The notes under the pieces were generated by a model. The model worked only from the letters and a program-made list of their open reading frames with translations. It did no database searches and had not been told where the DNA came from. Both the position numbers and the translations under genes were made by a program. From a bacterium (GTDB lineage: Bacteria > Patescibacteriota > Minisyncoccia > Phycocordibacterales > UBA10002), in assembly GCA_030697445.1 (NCBI GenBank), contig JAUYPY010000030.1, forward strand, positions 1-41,745: a stretch of 41,745 nt of DNA, written 5' to 3'. Shown here piece after piece: positions 25,350 through 34,405 of the stretch (the first letter of the stretch is position 1; each line of letters opens with the position of its first letter).

Positions 25350-26135
25350 TTAAGTGTTAGTTGCGTTGCTTTCAGCGCGACGAATGACATTGAGGTTCTG
25401 GTTAAAGAGATGTGTTACCCATATCTGTTTTTCGTCGAGCTGTTCGGCAAGTACTTTCTCGCCGAATTGCCTTACCAGGTAGGCAAAGATGAAGAGCGCT
25501 CTATCGTCAATCCATTGGTTGACCTCTCTGACAATTGGAGCATAGTAATGCTGCACAAAAGCGCGTTTATTTTTCGGCCACGGTTCGTGGCTCGCCACAA
25601 ATCGCTTTTCTTCTGCTTTTCCCCAGCGTTTATGTTCATTGAGATGTCCTTGCTGGGCAATAACTGAGAAGAGTATACAGCGCAATACATCACTGCAATC
25701 GGCTTGTGCCGCCATTGCGGCATAAGAACTCTCAAAACGAAACATAATACGAATTACTTGTACGGCTTCCTCATACATTTTTCCGGTATCATCATCAAAG
25801 AAAACCCCGTCTACGCTGTAGATTGACCAACCCTTAAAGGGTGATTTATACATCTCAATGCGCTTCTCCGCTTCCGCAATAGAAACCGGAGTTTTTACCC
25901 TCCGTACTTTCGTGTAGTCATCAGGGTCAAAGAGTGCTGGGTAGTCCTTAAACTCATCGAGAAGCGCCTCGTTATTCACACCGATTGTGAGATAGTCCTT
26001 CACATGAGCCTCTTTATAACCATCCCTCAACGCACCGAAGATAGTGCCTTGATACGCGGCGTGTTTGGGAAAGTAGATTTCAGAGAAGATGCTCTGCTCG
26101 CTCCGAGCAAAGACATACCGTGTTTTTTCAAGCAT
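25350..26135 (-). CDS. hypothetical protein (261 aa)
   Basis: I use the ATG at 26135 (MLEKTRYVF...), preceded by CAAAGGAAGCGTT; the track start is a TTG 12 codons upstream. No family recognised. Confidence 0.55.
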   Translation of the reverse strand: MLEKTRYVFARSEQSIFSEIYFPKHAAYQGTIFGALRDGYKEAHVKDYLTIGVNNEALLDEFKDYPALFDPDDYTKVRRVKTPVSIAEAEKRIEMYKSPFKGWSIYSVDGVFFDDDTGKMYEEAVQVIRIMFRFESSYAAMAAQADCSDVLRCILFSVIAQQGHLNEHKRWGKAEEKRFVASHEPWPKNKRAFVQHYYAPIVREVNQWIDDRALFIFAYLVRQFGEKVLAEQLDEKQIWVTHLFNQNLNVIRRAESNATNT

Positions 26136-26206
26136 AACGCTTCCTTTGTTTGTGTGTAGTTTGTTTGTCAATGACCGAACTAAATGCTTTATACACTATA
26201 TTGTAG

Positions 26207-26241
26207 AAAAAAGCAAAACTCCGCTTAAGCGGAGTTTTGCT
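26207..26241 (-). terminator. intrinsic terminator after the 26355-26840 ORF
   Basis: Perfect 13-bp stem agcaaaactccgc / gcggagttttgct with loop ttaa. A U-run follows on the minus strand. Confidence 0.8.
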
Positions 26242-26354
26242 TTGCATAAGCCCACAATTCACCATACTTTGTACAATCTTTTAAGCTCTGCAATTGTGCC
26301 TTCTATCCATCAATTGTTCCTCCCGATCTCTGAGATCGATTAGGCTGACGCTTC

Positions 26355-26840
26355 TTAATGTTCTGGATAAACAAAATCATATTTACCCGTCCGTATTCGA
26401 TGAACTATGCTTTCAGGAGATACAACAACACCAATCTCTGTATTCAGATGCCGGAGATCCTCCCTTCCCACTTTGGAAAAAGGATCGTTGACCTTCCAGA
26501 CATGCCACTGTTCGGACACCTTAATTGCCGGGTTGCCATAGTCATTTGTATTACGAAAAAGCACTTGAGGATGCTCCACTTGCGATACGGTCCCAACTTT
26601 CTTCCAATACCGCAGTTTGAGGCCAATCTTAATAAATGTATGAGCGTAAAATGCGACATCCCCTTTTGCGACCTGGTTTAGATTGACTTTGCCAGTATAT
26701 GGCGTCTTGAAAACCCGAATCACCTGACTGTTCAACTGCGTTAAGTCATTACCTAGATATTGAAAATACTTGATACTGGAATCTTCCATTTCCACTGCGA
26801 AACAATCGCCCAATGTTATCTTTGTTTGTGATGCGCTCAT
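26355..26840 (-). CDS. hypothetical protein (161 aa)
   Basis: Monocistronic with its own terminator. No family confidently recognised. Confidence 0.5.
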   Translation of the reverse strand: MSASQTKITLGDCFAVEMEDSSIKYFQYLGNDLTQLNSQVIRVFKTPYTGKVNLNQVAKGDVAFYAHTFIKIGLKLRYWKKVGTVSQVEHPQVLFRNTNDYGNPAIKVSEQWHVWKVNDPFSKVGREDLRHLNTEIGVVVSPESIVHRIRTGKYDFVYPEH

Positions 26841-26934
26841 TGAATTAAGGACCTCTCGCTACCCCTCAAGTAGGACAGAAGCGGTTACTGACGAATAATA
26901 CTCCCGCGGACTCCGAAAGCCAATGCCCTGTGCA

Positions 26935-27795
26935 TTACTTCCGCAACTGCATCGTCTCGCCGTCGGAAATAAATACGACCGTGCCGCGTTCGTAGGTGCC
27001 GAGCACCGGCACATCAAACCGCGTGAGGCGCTCCAATACTTCGGTGTGCGGGTGCCCATAGCGATTGTCTTTGCTTGCAGAAATAACCGCAAACAGCGGA
27101 GAGGCAAAACCAAGGAGCGCATCGCCGGTTGATGTCTTTGAACCGTGGTGTCCGGCTTTCAGTACATCCACATCAAGCTGTTTTCCATCAATGTGCGAAA
27201 GATAATTCTCAACCGCTTCAGTGGTATCGCCGGTAAACAAAAAAGAAGTGGCGCCGTACGAAAGTTTTGCGACCACAGAACCCTCGTTTGGATTTAAGCC
27301 GGGCACATCTCTGTCGGGAAAAAGAATTTCAAGAACCGCGCCTCCGCCGAGTTGTATCACTTGTCCACGGCGTGCAAGAAGTTTTTTCGCGCCCTCTGCT
27401 TCAACGAGTTTTTCAAATGCCGGATACTCGGCGGAGGCGCCAACCGTCCCCGGCTCCATCACGGCGCCTACTTTGTATGCGCGGATCACATCCAAAAACC
27501 CCGCGAAGTGGTCTTTGTCTGGGTTTGTCACCACCAACATATCAATCGAGCGGTCATAAAACGGCATCATCTTACCAAGTTGGCGCAAAACGCTTTTGTC
27601 AGGCCCTCCATCAATCAAAATCTGACTCCCCGTCGGGGATTCAATAAAAATCGCATCCCCTTGCCCCACATCCAAAAACGCCACGGTCAGTTTTCCTCCC
27701 CTGTCCTCCGACGACACCGCGTACCAAATCAAAATAGTTGCCGCAAAAAGCATCCCCAAAATCCACCAGTGCAGGTGCGCTCGCATTTTTTGCAT
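26935..27795 (-). CDS. metallo-beta-lactamase-fold protein resembling the ComEC C-terminal domain, with N-terminal TM
   Basis: 286 aa. VAFLDVGQGDAIFIE, NPDKDHFAG and KAGHHGS motifs. Confidence 0.75.
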   Translation of the reverse strand: MQKMRAHLHWWILGMLFAATILIWYAVSSEDRGGKLTVAFLDVGQGDAIFIESPTGSQILIDGGPDKSVLRQLGKMMPFYDRSIDMLVVTNPDKDHFAGFLDVIRAYKVGAVMEPGTVGASAEYPAFEKLVEAEGAKKLLARRGQVIQLGGGAVLEILFPDRDVPGLNPNEGSVVAKLSYGATSFLFTGDTTEAVENYLSHIDGKQLDVDVLKAGHHGSKTSTGDALLGFASPLFAVISASKDNRYGHPHTEVLERLTRFDVPVLGTYERGTVVFISDGETMQLRK

Positions 27796-27816
27796 ATGCG
27801 ATTATAATATACCTAT

Positions 27817-28410
27817 ATGTTCATCGAACAAAAATTTAATATTCCTCCCCTCAATGGAATCTCGCAGAAGACGGTAGAGGAACACTTGAAACTCTACGCG
27901 GGATATGTGAAGCATGCGAATTTGGTGTTGGAAAAAATAAAAGAGTTGAAACATGATGTCGAAAAGAATGCATATGCGCTTGCCGAAGTGAATCGTCGTT
28001 TCGGATTTGAGTTTAATGGGATGCGTAATCACGAGGTGTACTTCAGGAGTTTGGAGGGCGGTTCGACTACGCTCACCGCAAGTGGACCAGTTGCAAAAGC
28101 AATTGCCGAACGCTGGGGTTCGTTTGAAGTATGGCTCACGGAGTTCAAAGCAATAGCATTGACGCGCGGCATCGGCTGGGCGATGTTGTACTATGATCCT
28201 GTTTCAAAACAATTCTTGAATGCATGGGTAGACGAACAACACTTGGGGCAACTCCAGAACTGTTCGCTCATTCTTGGCCTTGATATGTGGGAACATTCTT
28301 TTGTATATGACTACCAACCTTCTGGTAAAAAACAATATGTTGAGGACTTTTTTGTAAACCTCAATTGGGAAGTGGTTGAGCAGAATTTTGCGGCCGCAAC
28401 TTCCAAATGA
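27817..28410 (+). CDS. Fe/Mn-family superoxide dismutase
   Basis: 197 aa. DMWEHSF (the D-x-W-E-H metal-ligand motif), NGMRNHEVYF and GWAMLYYD. TATAAT lies 8 nt upstream of the ATG. Confidence 0.75.
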   Translation: MFIEQKFNIPPLNGISQKTVEEHLKLYAGYVKHANLVLEKIKELKHDVEKNAYALAEVNRRFGFEFNGMRNHEVYFRSLEGGSTTLTASGPVAKAIAERWGSFEVWLTEFKAIALTRGIGWAMLYYDPVSKQFLNAWVDEQHLGQLQNCSLILGLDMWEHSFVYDYQPSGKKQYVEDFFVNLNWEVVEQNFAAATSK

Positions 28411-29818
28411 CAAAACCGTACGCGCCGTACCAAAACACGACTAGCCAGAGCGGAAACGAAGCGAGCGCGATTGCCGCGAACGGCAATCGCACGAACCATT
28501 CAACAATCGCGAGCTCGTATGCGAGGAGCGCGTAGGCAATCCATGCAAACGGCAGTGCGAATATAGTCGTAATGAACCCGACAATTCCCGCCAGAAATCC
28601 GAAAAGCATCGTTAGCGGAATCGCCGCGAGAATAAGAAGATTGACCGGAAGCGATACTAGGGAAAGAATTCCTGTTTTGTATAAAAGAAAAGGAAGAACA
28701 AAGAGTTGGGTTGCAATGGTCGCCACCACAATTTCGCGTATTCTGTATTTTTCCGTTATCCACTTCACTTTCGGCTCAATCAAAGGTGAGAAATAAATCA
28801 GCCCGACCGTTGCGAGAAAAGAAAGTTGAAATGAAACATCAAAGACCAAAATCTTCGGGTTGTGAAGCAACATAAAAAAGCCGGCGACGAGAAGTGCCCG
28901 TGTCACGGCATACATTCTTCCTGTTGAACGCGCTAGAATTACGAGGAGCGCCATAATCGTCGCGCGTACAACTGTTGCAGATGCGCCGACCATCAGCGCG
29001 AAGAGAATCATCGCTCCAGCCGCAACGACAAGCCGGAGGTCTTTGCGCAGGCGCGAGAAGAGCCATTCAATAAAGTAGGCGATAATCGTGATGTTGTAGC
29101 CGGACAGCACGACAATGTGAATCACCCCCACTGTTCGGAAATCGTCAAGAAGTTTTTTCCCGAGCGACTGCTTTGCACCAACCACGAGCCCGCCCAAGAG
29201 CGCCGCGTGAGGTTGCGGTATAAGGCGATTTATATTACCGATAAATGCGCGTTTGAACGCGAACAATTTTTCTACGACCCAATTCCCTTCTCCATGCGCA
29301 ATAAGTTCAATGTGTGGCTTAAACATTTCATAATAAATGCCGTCTTTCGCCAGATGCGACACATAATCCACTTCGCGGAGCGTTGTTTCATCCGTAAAGT
29401 TTCTTGGCTTCTCTAATTTTCCGTTGATTGAAACGCGGTCGCCGTATGCATACTTCGGTTCTCTATTTGTGGTAACAAGAATCTTTGTTTGTTCTATCGC
29501 AACAATAAGTCGAGTTACGCTCTCGCGCTCGTCCGGCTCGTCAACAACGAACCCATCAATCTCAATTGATTGTCCTATATGAACATCAAGCGCGCTTCGC
29601 GGACCATTCCTATCTGCAAGGTCATAGCGAAACATCCCAAGCCCCGCGGCAAAAAGAAAAATGGCAAAAAGTACTGTTTTGCGTTCTGCCAAAAATAAAA
29701 TTCCTCCGAGCAAAACAAAAAACAGCGCGAAACCTGCACCAAAATTAACAAACGACCGCAGAAAAATCCCAGCGACAAACCCACCTAATACTGCATACAA
29801 ATATGAATCACGAGACAT
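28361..29818 (-). CDS. comEC: ComEC/Rec2 DNA-uptake channel, N-terminal OB (DUF4131) plus competence TM domain only
   Basis: 485 aa, multi-TM. HIVVLSGYNITII and GASATVVRATIMA motifs. Lacks the MBL domain. 50-nt convergent overlap with the SOD gene. Confidence 0.8.
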   Translation of the reverse strand: MSRDSYLYAVLGGFVAGIFLRSFVNFGAGFALFFVLLGGILFLAERKTVLFAIFLFAAGLGMFRYDLADRNGPRSALDVHIGQSIEIDGFVVDEPDERESVTRLIVAIEQTKILVTTNREPKYAYGDRVSINGKLEKPRNFTDETTLREVDYVSHLAKDGIYYEMFKPHIELIAHGEGNWVVEKLFAFKRAFIGNINRLIPQPHAALLGGLVVGAKQSLGKKLLDDFRTVGVIHIVVLSGYNITIIAYFIEWLFSRLRKDLRLVVAAGAMILFALMVGASATVVRATIMALLVILARSTGRMYAVTRALLVAGFFMLLHNPKILVFDVSFQLSFLATVGLIYFSPLIEPKVKWITEKYRIREIVVATIATQLFVLPFLLYKTGILSLVSLPVNLLILAAIPLTMLFGFLAGIVGFITTIFALPFAWIAYALLAYELAIVEWFVRLPFAAIALASFPLWLVVFWYGAYGFVIWKLRPQNSAQPLPN

Positions 29819-30314
29819 TCAAGATATTTCTTATGCTGTAATTCTCAAGAATACCAGAATAGAGTTTTAGTGGTTCATTATCGGCAAATGCGGTTGCGAT
29901 TTCATCGCACCGCTCGTTACCCACGATTCCCTTGTGTCCATCAATTCTTTTCCATTGAATTTCTTTTCCATCTGCGGCAGAAAGCAGCCGTTCCCACAAA
30001 TCCTGATTTTCCACTGGCTTTTTGTTTGCGGTTTTCCAACCATTTCTTTGCCACCTTTCTATCCACTCGGTCATACCAAGCACAACATAATTAGAATCCG
30101 CATAAAGTGTGATATTTTTGGCTTCTGTTCCCGAAAGATATTCAAGGGAGGCAATCGCGCCCATAAGTTCCATTCTATTATTCGTTGTGTGAGCTTCTCT
30201 TCCGCCAAGCTCGGAAACTTTATCGCCAAAGATAACAATCGCGCCGAACCCGCCCGGTCCAGGATTCCCCCGCGCCGCCCCGTCGGTGAAGATGACTATT
30301 GATTTATGATTCAT
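29808..30314 (-). CDS. rnhA: ribonuclease HI
   Basis: 168 aa. IFTDGAARGNPGPGGFG, TNNRMEL, DSNYV and GHKGIVGNERCDEIA motifs. Confidence 0.85.
   Translation of the reverse strand: MNHKSIVIFTDGAARGNPGPGGFGAIVIFGDKVSELGGREAHTTNNRMELMGAIASLEYLSGTEAKNITLYADSNYVVLGMTEWIERWQRNGWKTANKKPVENQDLWERLLSAADGKEIQWKRIDGHKGIVGNERCDEIATAFADNEPLKLYSGILENYSIRNILNVS
29833..29860. promoter_or_regulatory. degenerate fifth copy of the 28-nt palindromic site (15 nt upstream of comEC ATG)
   Basis: atgctgtaattctcaagaataccagaat. 21 of 28 positions match the consensus; the right arm is well conserved and the left arm is degraded. Confidence 0.4.
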
Positions 30315-30338
30315 AGCGATATAATTATAGCACCCGCC

Positions 30339-32099
30339 TCATCGGCGGGTCGCCGAAGAGGCGACAATATCAACAATCCGGAGCCGAAGCTCGGGGCGGT
30401 TTCCGAACGACGAGTTTTCAAGGTGCGCGAGCAGATTTATGTTCTGCCCGTGCGCAATGCCGCCAAAATCCTCCGGTTTTGCAACAAACTTCACCGCAGA
30501 CCCGCGCTCGCCGGTTGATTTCACAAACATAAGTTTCAGGTGCTGTCTTTCTTTCCCAATTAATTCGACTGCGCCGACCGCAACCTGCTCAAACAAAAAA
30601 AGCGGCTTCGGATTCCCGACCCCGAACGGCGCGAGTTTGACAATGTCGTTCCACAGAACCGAATTCACTTCATCTATACTGATGCGCGCATCTACTGCGT
30701 ATCGCGGCTCCGCTTCGCGGCTCAAACCTGCCCGCCGATTGGCAGGCGGGCGCACTTTCTCGTATGCGCGCTCCAATTCGCTTTCTAATAAATGCACTTT
30801 TTCCAGCACAATAGAAAATCCGCCCGCTTCTTTATGCCCGCCAAAATCAGAAAACACGGAGCGCGCTTCCTGCATTAAGAGCGACAAATCAACGCTTCCG
30901 TCCGAGCGGCACGAACCTTTCAGGTTCGTGCCGCCTTCCCTCCCCCACACAAAAACGGGCTTTTGATAATCTGCAACTAGTGTATTCGCCACCAAGCCAA
31001 GAAGCGCGGGTCTCCAGTTCGGGTTCCCCGCAACCACTACTTTCGGCGCCTGCCCTGAACTTGTTGAAGGGTGCTGTTCCGCTACAATCTTACGCACTTC
31101 TTTCACAAGCGACGCCACAGTTCCCTTGCGCTCATTATTAATATGATTCAAATGTTTCGCGAGCGTTCCTGCTTCCGCCGCGTCAGTCGTTGCCAACAAA
31201 CGAAAGGCATCCATCGGCACGCCCATGCGCGATGCGGCGTTTATGCGCGGTGTAATCATAAAACCAATATCGTCTTCTGTTAGATCGCCCCTATTTATGC
31301 GAAGTTCTTGCAACAACTGCCCAAGCCCAATGCGCGGTGATCGGCGCAATACCTTCAATCCGAAATGCGCAAAAACGCGATTTTCTCCGGTAAGCGGTAC
31401 CATATCGGAAAGCGTTGCAATACCGACCATATCTAACAACCACTTTTCCCAACCCGACGAGAGTCGGGTTGCACCGAGCGAAGTCGAGGGGCTCAATGAT
31501 AACTTCTTCACCAGCGCCTGTACCAGCTTAAAGACCACACCGCTTCCGCAGAGCATTTTTTCAGGATAGTGACAGTCCGATTGTTTTGGATTTAAAATTG
31601 CAAACGCCGGTGGAACAGATTCGCCCAACAAGTGGTGGTCGGTGATAATCACCTCAAGTCCGAGTTCGTTCGCATGCGCAACTTCTTCCGCATCAGTAAT
31701 ACCGCAGTCTATTGTAATGAGAAGCCGCGCGCCGCGCTTTGCCAGTTCCTCAATCGCGCCATTGTTTAATCCAAAACCCTCACCGTGCCGGTCTGGAATA
31801 TAATTCTCAAAATTCACATATCCTATTTTCTTAAAAAAATCGTGGAGTACGACTGCACCCGGAATTCCATCCGCATCATAGTCGCTAAAAATCGCAATTC
31901 GTTCGTTATTCTGAATCGCCCGCAAAATTCGCTCCACCACCTTCTCCATATTTTTCATCAAAAACGGGTCATGCGTATGTTTTTCATAATCAGGATTTAA
32001 AAACTTCTCTGTATCTTCTTGTGATTCAATCCCACGATGAAAAAGCAAATGCTCAACAAGATTTTCTTTCTTTCTTTCCCGCACCGCATAGTTTTTCAT
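30339..32099 (-). CDS. recJ: single-stranded-DNA-specific exonuclease RecJ
   Basis: 586 aa. DHH motifs IFSDYDADGI, ITIDCG and ITDHH, and DHHA1 GGHKEAGG. Confidence 0.9.
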   Translation of the reverse strand: MKNYAVRERKKENLVEHLLFHRGIESQEDTEKFLNPDYEKHTHDPFLMKNMEKVVERILRAIQNNERIAIFSDYDADGIPGAVVLHDFFKKIGYVNFENYIPDRHGEGFGLNNGAIEELAKRGARLLITIDCGITDAEEVAHANELGLEVIITDHHLLGESVPPAFAILNPKQSDCHYPEKMLCGSGVVFKLVQALVKKLSLSPSTSLGATRLSSGWEKWLLDMVGIATLSDMVPLTGENRVFAHFGLKVLRRSPRIGLGQLLQELRINRGDLTEDDIGFMITPRINAASRMGVPMDAFRLLATTDAAEAGTLAKHLNHINNERKGTVASLVKEVRKIVAEQHPSTSSGQAPKVVVAGNPNWRPALLGLVANTLVADYQKPVFVWGREGGTNLKGSCRSDGSVDLSLLMQEARSVFSDFGGHKEAGGFSIVLEKVHLLESELERAYEKVRPPANRRAGLSREAEPRYAVDARISIDEVNSVLWNDIVKLAPFGVGNPKPLFLFEQVAVGAVELIGKERQHLKLMFVKSTGERGSAVKFVAKPEDFGGIAHGQNINLLAHLENSSFGNRPELRLRIVDIVASSATRR

Positions 32100-32126
32100 T
32101 CGGACAGTTTAGCATATACTGTATGA

Positions 32127-32540
32127 ATGACTTCCTGCATTTTCTGCAAAATTATTGCGAAAGGAGAAATACCTTCAACAGAAGTGTATGAAGACGACAA
32201 TGTGTACGCATTTCTAGACAACAGCCCATCAAGCATCGGCCATACCCTTGTGGTGCCTAAAAAACATTACGAAAACCTTTTTGATATTCCGGATGCAGAG
32301 CTCGGCATACTCGGCGCGCGCGTGAAAAAAGTTGCGCGCGCCGTAAAGGACGCGCTCAAGGCCGACGGCATCAACATTTCTATGAATAATGGCCGCGCAG
32401 CGGGGCAAGTGGTTTTTCACGCTCACATTCACATCATTCCACGATTTAACGATGATATTTTTTCACACGGAAAAGAGCGTAAACAATATCGTGACGGCGA
32501 AATGGTTGAGATTGCCTCCAAAATCCGGAAATCCTTCTAA
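32127..32540 (+). CDS. HIT-family (histidine triad) protein
   Basis: 137 aa with the HAHIHIIP triad. TATACT lies 6 nt upstream of the ATG. Confidence 0.85.
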   Translation: MTSCIFCKIIAKGEIPSTEVYEDDNVYAFLDNSPSSIGHTLVVPKKHYENLFDIPDAELGILGARVKKVARAVKDALKADGINISMNNGRAAGQVVFHAHIHIIPRFNDDIFSHGKERKQYRDGEMVEIASKIRKSF

Positions 32541-32543
32541 CTT

Positions 32544-32573
32544 AGCATTAAGATACGGCCGTATCTTAATGCT
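32544..32573. terminator. perfect 30-nt palindrome between convergent HIT and pgk genes
   Basis: agcattaagatacgg / ccgtatcttaatgct. No clear U-run. Confidence 0.45.
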
Positions 32574-32577
32574 GAAA

Positions 32578-33651
32578 TCATTTTTGCAGTGCTTCAATTC
32601 CCGGAAGCGTACCGGTAGCCAAAAATTCAAGCATCGCGCCGCCGCCCGTTGAGACAAACGAAAACTTGTCGTGGATGCCGAGCCGAGCAATCGCGGCGAG
32701 TGTGTCGCCGCCTCCGACAATCGTTTCTGCGCCGCTTTCGGCAAGCGCGCGCGCCACTCCTTCCGTGCCTGCAGTAAAACCGCGCTCGTATTCTCCAAGT
32801 GGCCCGTTCCACACTATCAACTTCGCCTCGCGCGCGCGCGCGCGAATGTCGGCAACGGTTCTCTCTCCCGCGTCCACAATTCTATCCTCGCTTCGCACGG
32901 CATCTTGTGGCGCACATAATTTTGAGTTATGCAACAAAACGCTCGGAAAAGCCGTCGCGGAAACAGATGAACTACCCACCGGCTCGCCACGCGCCTTAAG
33001 TACATCATTTGCAAGCACCCCTCCGATATATACCGTATCGGCAATAGAAAGAAATTTCTCAAGAAGCGGTAATTTTGTTTCCGTCTTTGCGCCTCCGAGT
33101 ATAAACAAAAACGGGTGCGCTGGAGAAAATGCTTTTGAGAGATTCTGCACTTCTTCTTCAAAAAGAAATCCTGCGTAATGGGGCAGAAACTTCGGTACGC
33201 CGACCACCGACGCATACGCGCGATGCGAGGCGGAAAATGCTTCGTTTACATACACATCCGCAAGCGATGCAAGTTTTTTTGCAAATGCTTCTTCGTTTTC
33301 TTTTTCGCCTTTTAATTGGCGGATGTTCTCCAATAAAACAAACGAGCCATTCTCCGTTTTTTCAAGCGCGGTTTTTGTTTCTTTAGTTGTTTTTGCAAAA
33401 ATGACTGGATACTGCTTCTTCAATTCTTCATACACCGGAACGAGCGAGTCATTTTCATTGGTTCTGTGCGATACAAGAAGCGTGCGTGCGCCGTTTTCTG
33501 CCAAAAAATCAAGTGTTTTTTTGCTGCGTGTAATGCGGTAGTCATCAACCATCTTTCCACCCTGTATCGGCACATTCAAATCAATTGCCAAAAATACGCG
33601 TTTCCCGCGTAGGTCTACGCACTCCCGAATCGTCTTAAAATTAAGCGTCAT
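32578..33651 (-). CDS. pgk: phosphoglycerate kinase
   Basis: From the ATG at 33651: MTLNFKTIRECVDLRGKRVFLAIDLNVP... The C-terminus reads STGGGAMLEFL. The first 88 codons of the track ORF overlap tpiA and are rejected. Confidence 0.85.
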   Translation of the reverse strand: MTLNFKTIRECVDLRGKRVFLAIDLNVPIQGGKMVDDYRITRSKKTLDFLAENGARTLLVSHRTNENDSLVPVYEELKKQYPVIFAKTTKETKTALEKTENGSFVLLENIRQLKGEKENEEAFAKKLASLADVYVNEAFSASHRAYASVVGVPKFLPHYAGFLFEEEVQNLSKAFSPAHPFLFILGGAKTETKLPLLEKFLSIADTVYIGGVLANDVLKARGEPVGSSSVSATAFPSVLLHNSKLCAPQDAVRSEDRIVDAGERTVADIRARAREAKLIVWNGPLGEYERGFTAGTEGVARALAESGAETIVGGGDTLAAIARLGIHDKFSFVSTGGGAMLEFLATGTLPGIEALQK

Positions 33652-34405
33652 TGGCAATTTGTATAATCCACGCGAACGCCTCGGCATCCAAGCTTTCGTG
33701 CCCCACGAGAAATCCGGAAATGTCACCGTCGCGCAAAAGCGCTCCGGCATTTTCCGGACCCACGCTCCCGCCGTACAAAATGGGAACCGCAACGCCTTCC
33801 TCACCAAACATATCAGCCATAACTTTGCGGATAAAGATTGTGGTCTCGCGCACGATCGCGGGCGACGCGGCATCGCGCCAGTTCTTACTGATCGCCCACA
33901 AGGGTTCATACGCAATCACGATATCCGATAAAAATCGGCGCTGGACTTTTGAAAACGACGCCTTCATCTGCTCGCGCAACACGCCAAAAAAATCACCATT
34001 TTCATCACGCGCGCGTTCTCCTATGCACACAAGCGCTGACAAGCCCTCACGCACAACCGCTTGCGCCTTTCGCGACACCATATCATCTGTTTCCCATCGC
34101 GCGCGACGCTCCGAGTGCCCGACGATTGAAAGCGTTACGCCAATGTCTTTCAGCATTTCCGGAGACACTTCACCGGTGTGCGGCCCACCGTTTCGCCAAA
34201 ACGCGTCTTGGGAGCCAAGCGTAATAACGCCATTTGAAAGACGCGAAAAAAGCGGCACAAACGGGAACGGCGGACAAATCGTGACGGAGACCCGCCGCGC
34301 TTGGGTTGCGGCGCGGCGGGTTGCGAGAAAAAGCGCACGCGCCTCCGCCGCCGTCCCCGGGTTCATCTTCCAATTCGCGATGATCAACTTTTTACCATTT
34401 TTCAT
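33641..34405 (-). CDS. tpiA: triosephosphate isomerase
   Basis: 254 aa. IIANWKMN, VGHSERR and YEPLWAI motifs. Confidence 0.9.
   Translation of the reverse strand: MKNGKKLIIANWKMNPGTAAEARALFLATRRAATQARRVSVTICPPFPFVPLFSRLSNGVITLGSQDAFWRNGGPHTGEVSPEMLKDIGVTLSIVGHSERRARWETDDMVSRKAQAVVREGLSALVCIGERARDENGDFFGVLREQMKASFSKVQRRFLSDIVIAYEPLWAISKNWRDAASPAIVRETTIFIRKVMADMFGEEGVAVPILYGGSVGPENAGALLRDGDISGFLVGHESLDAEAFAWIIQIANDA

Noticed and set aside
33652-33915. 88-codon N-terminal extension of the pgk ORF (and the 27-codon extension of rsmI at 4359-4439)
   Set aside because: The extensions overlap the upstream genes and are Arg/Cys/Pro-rich. The canonical N-termini begin at the internal ATGs.
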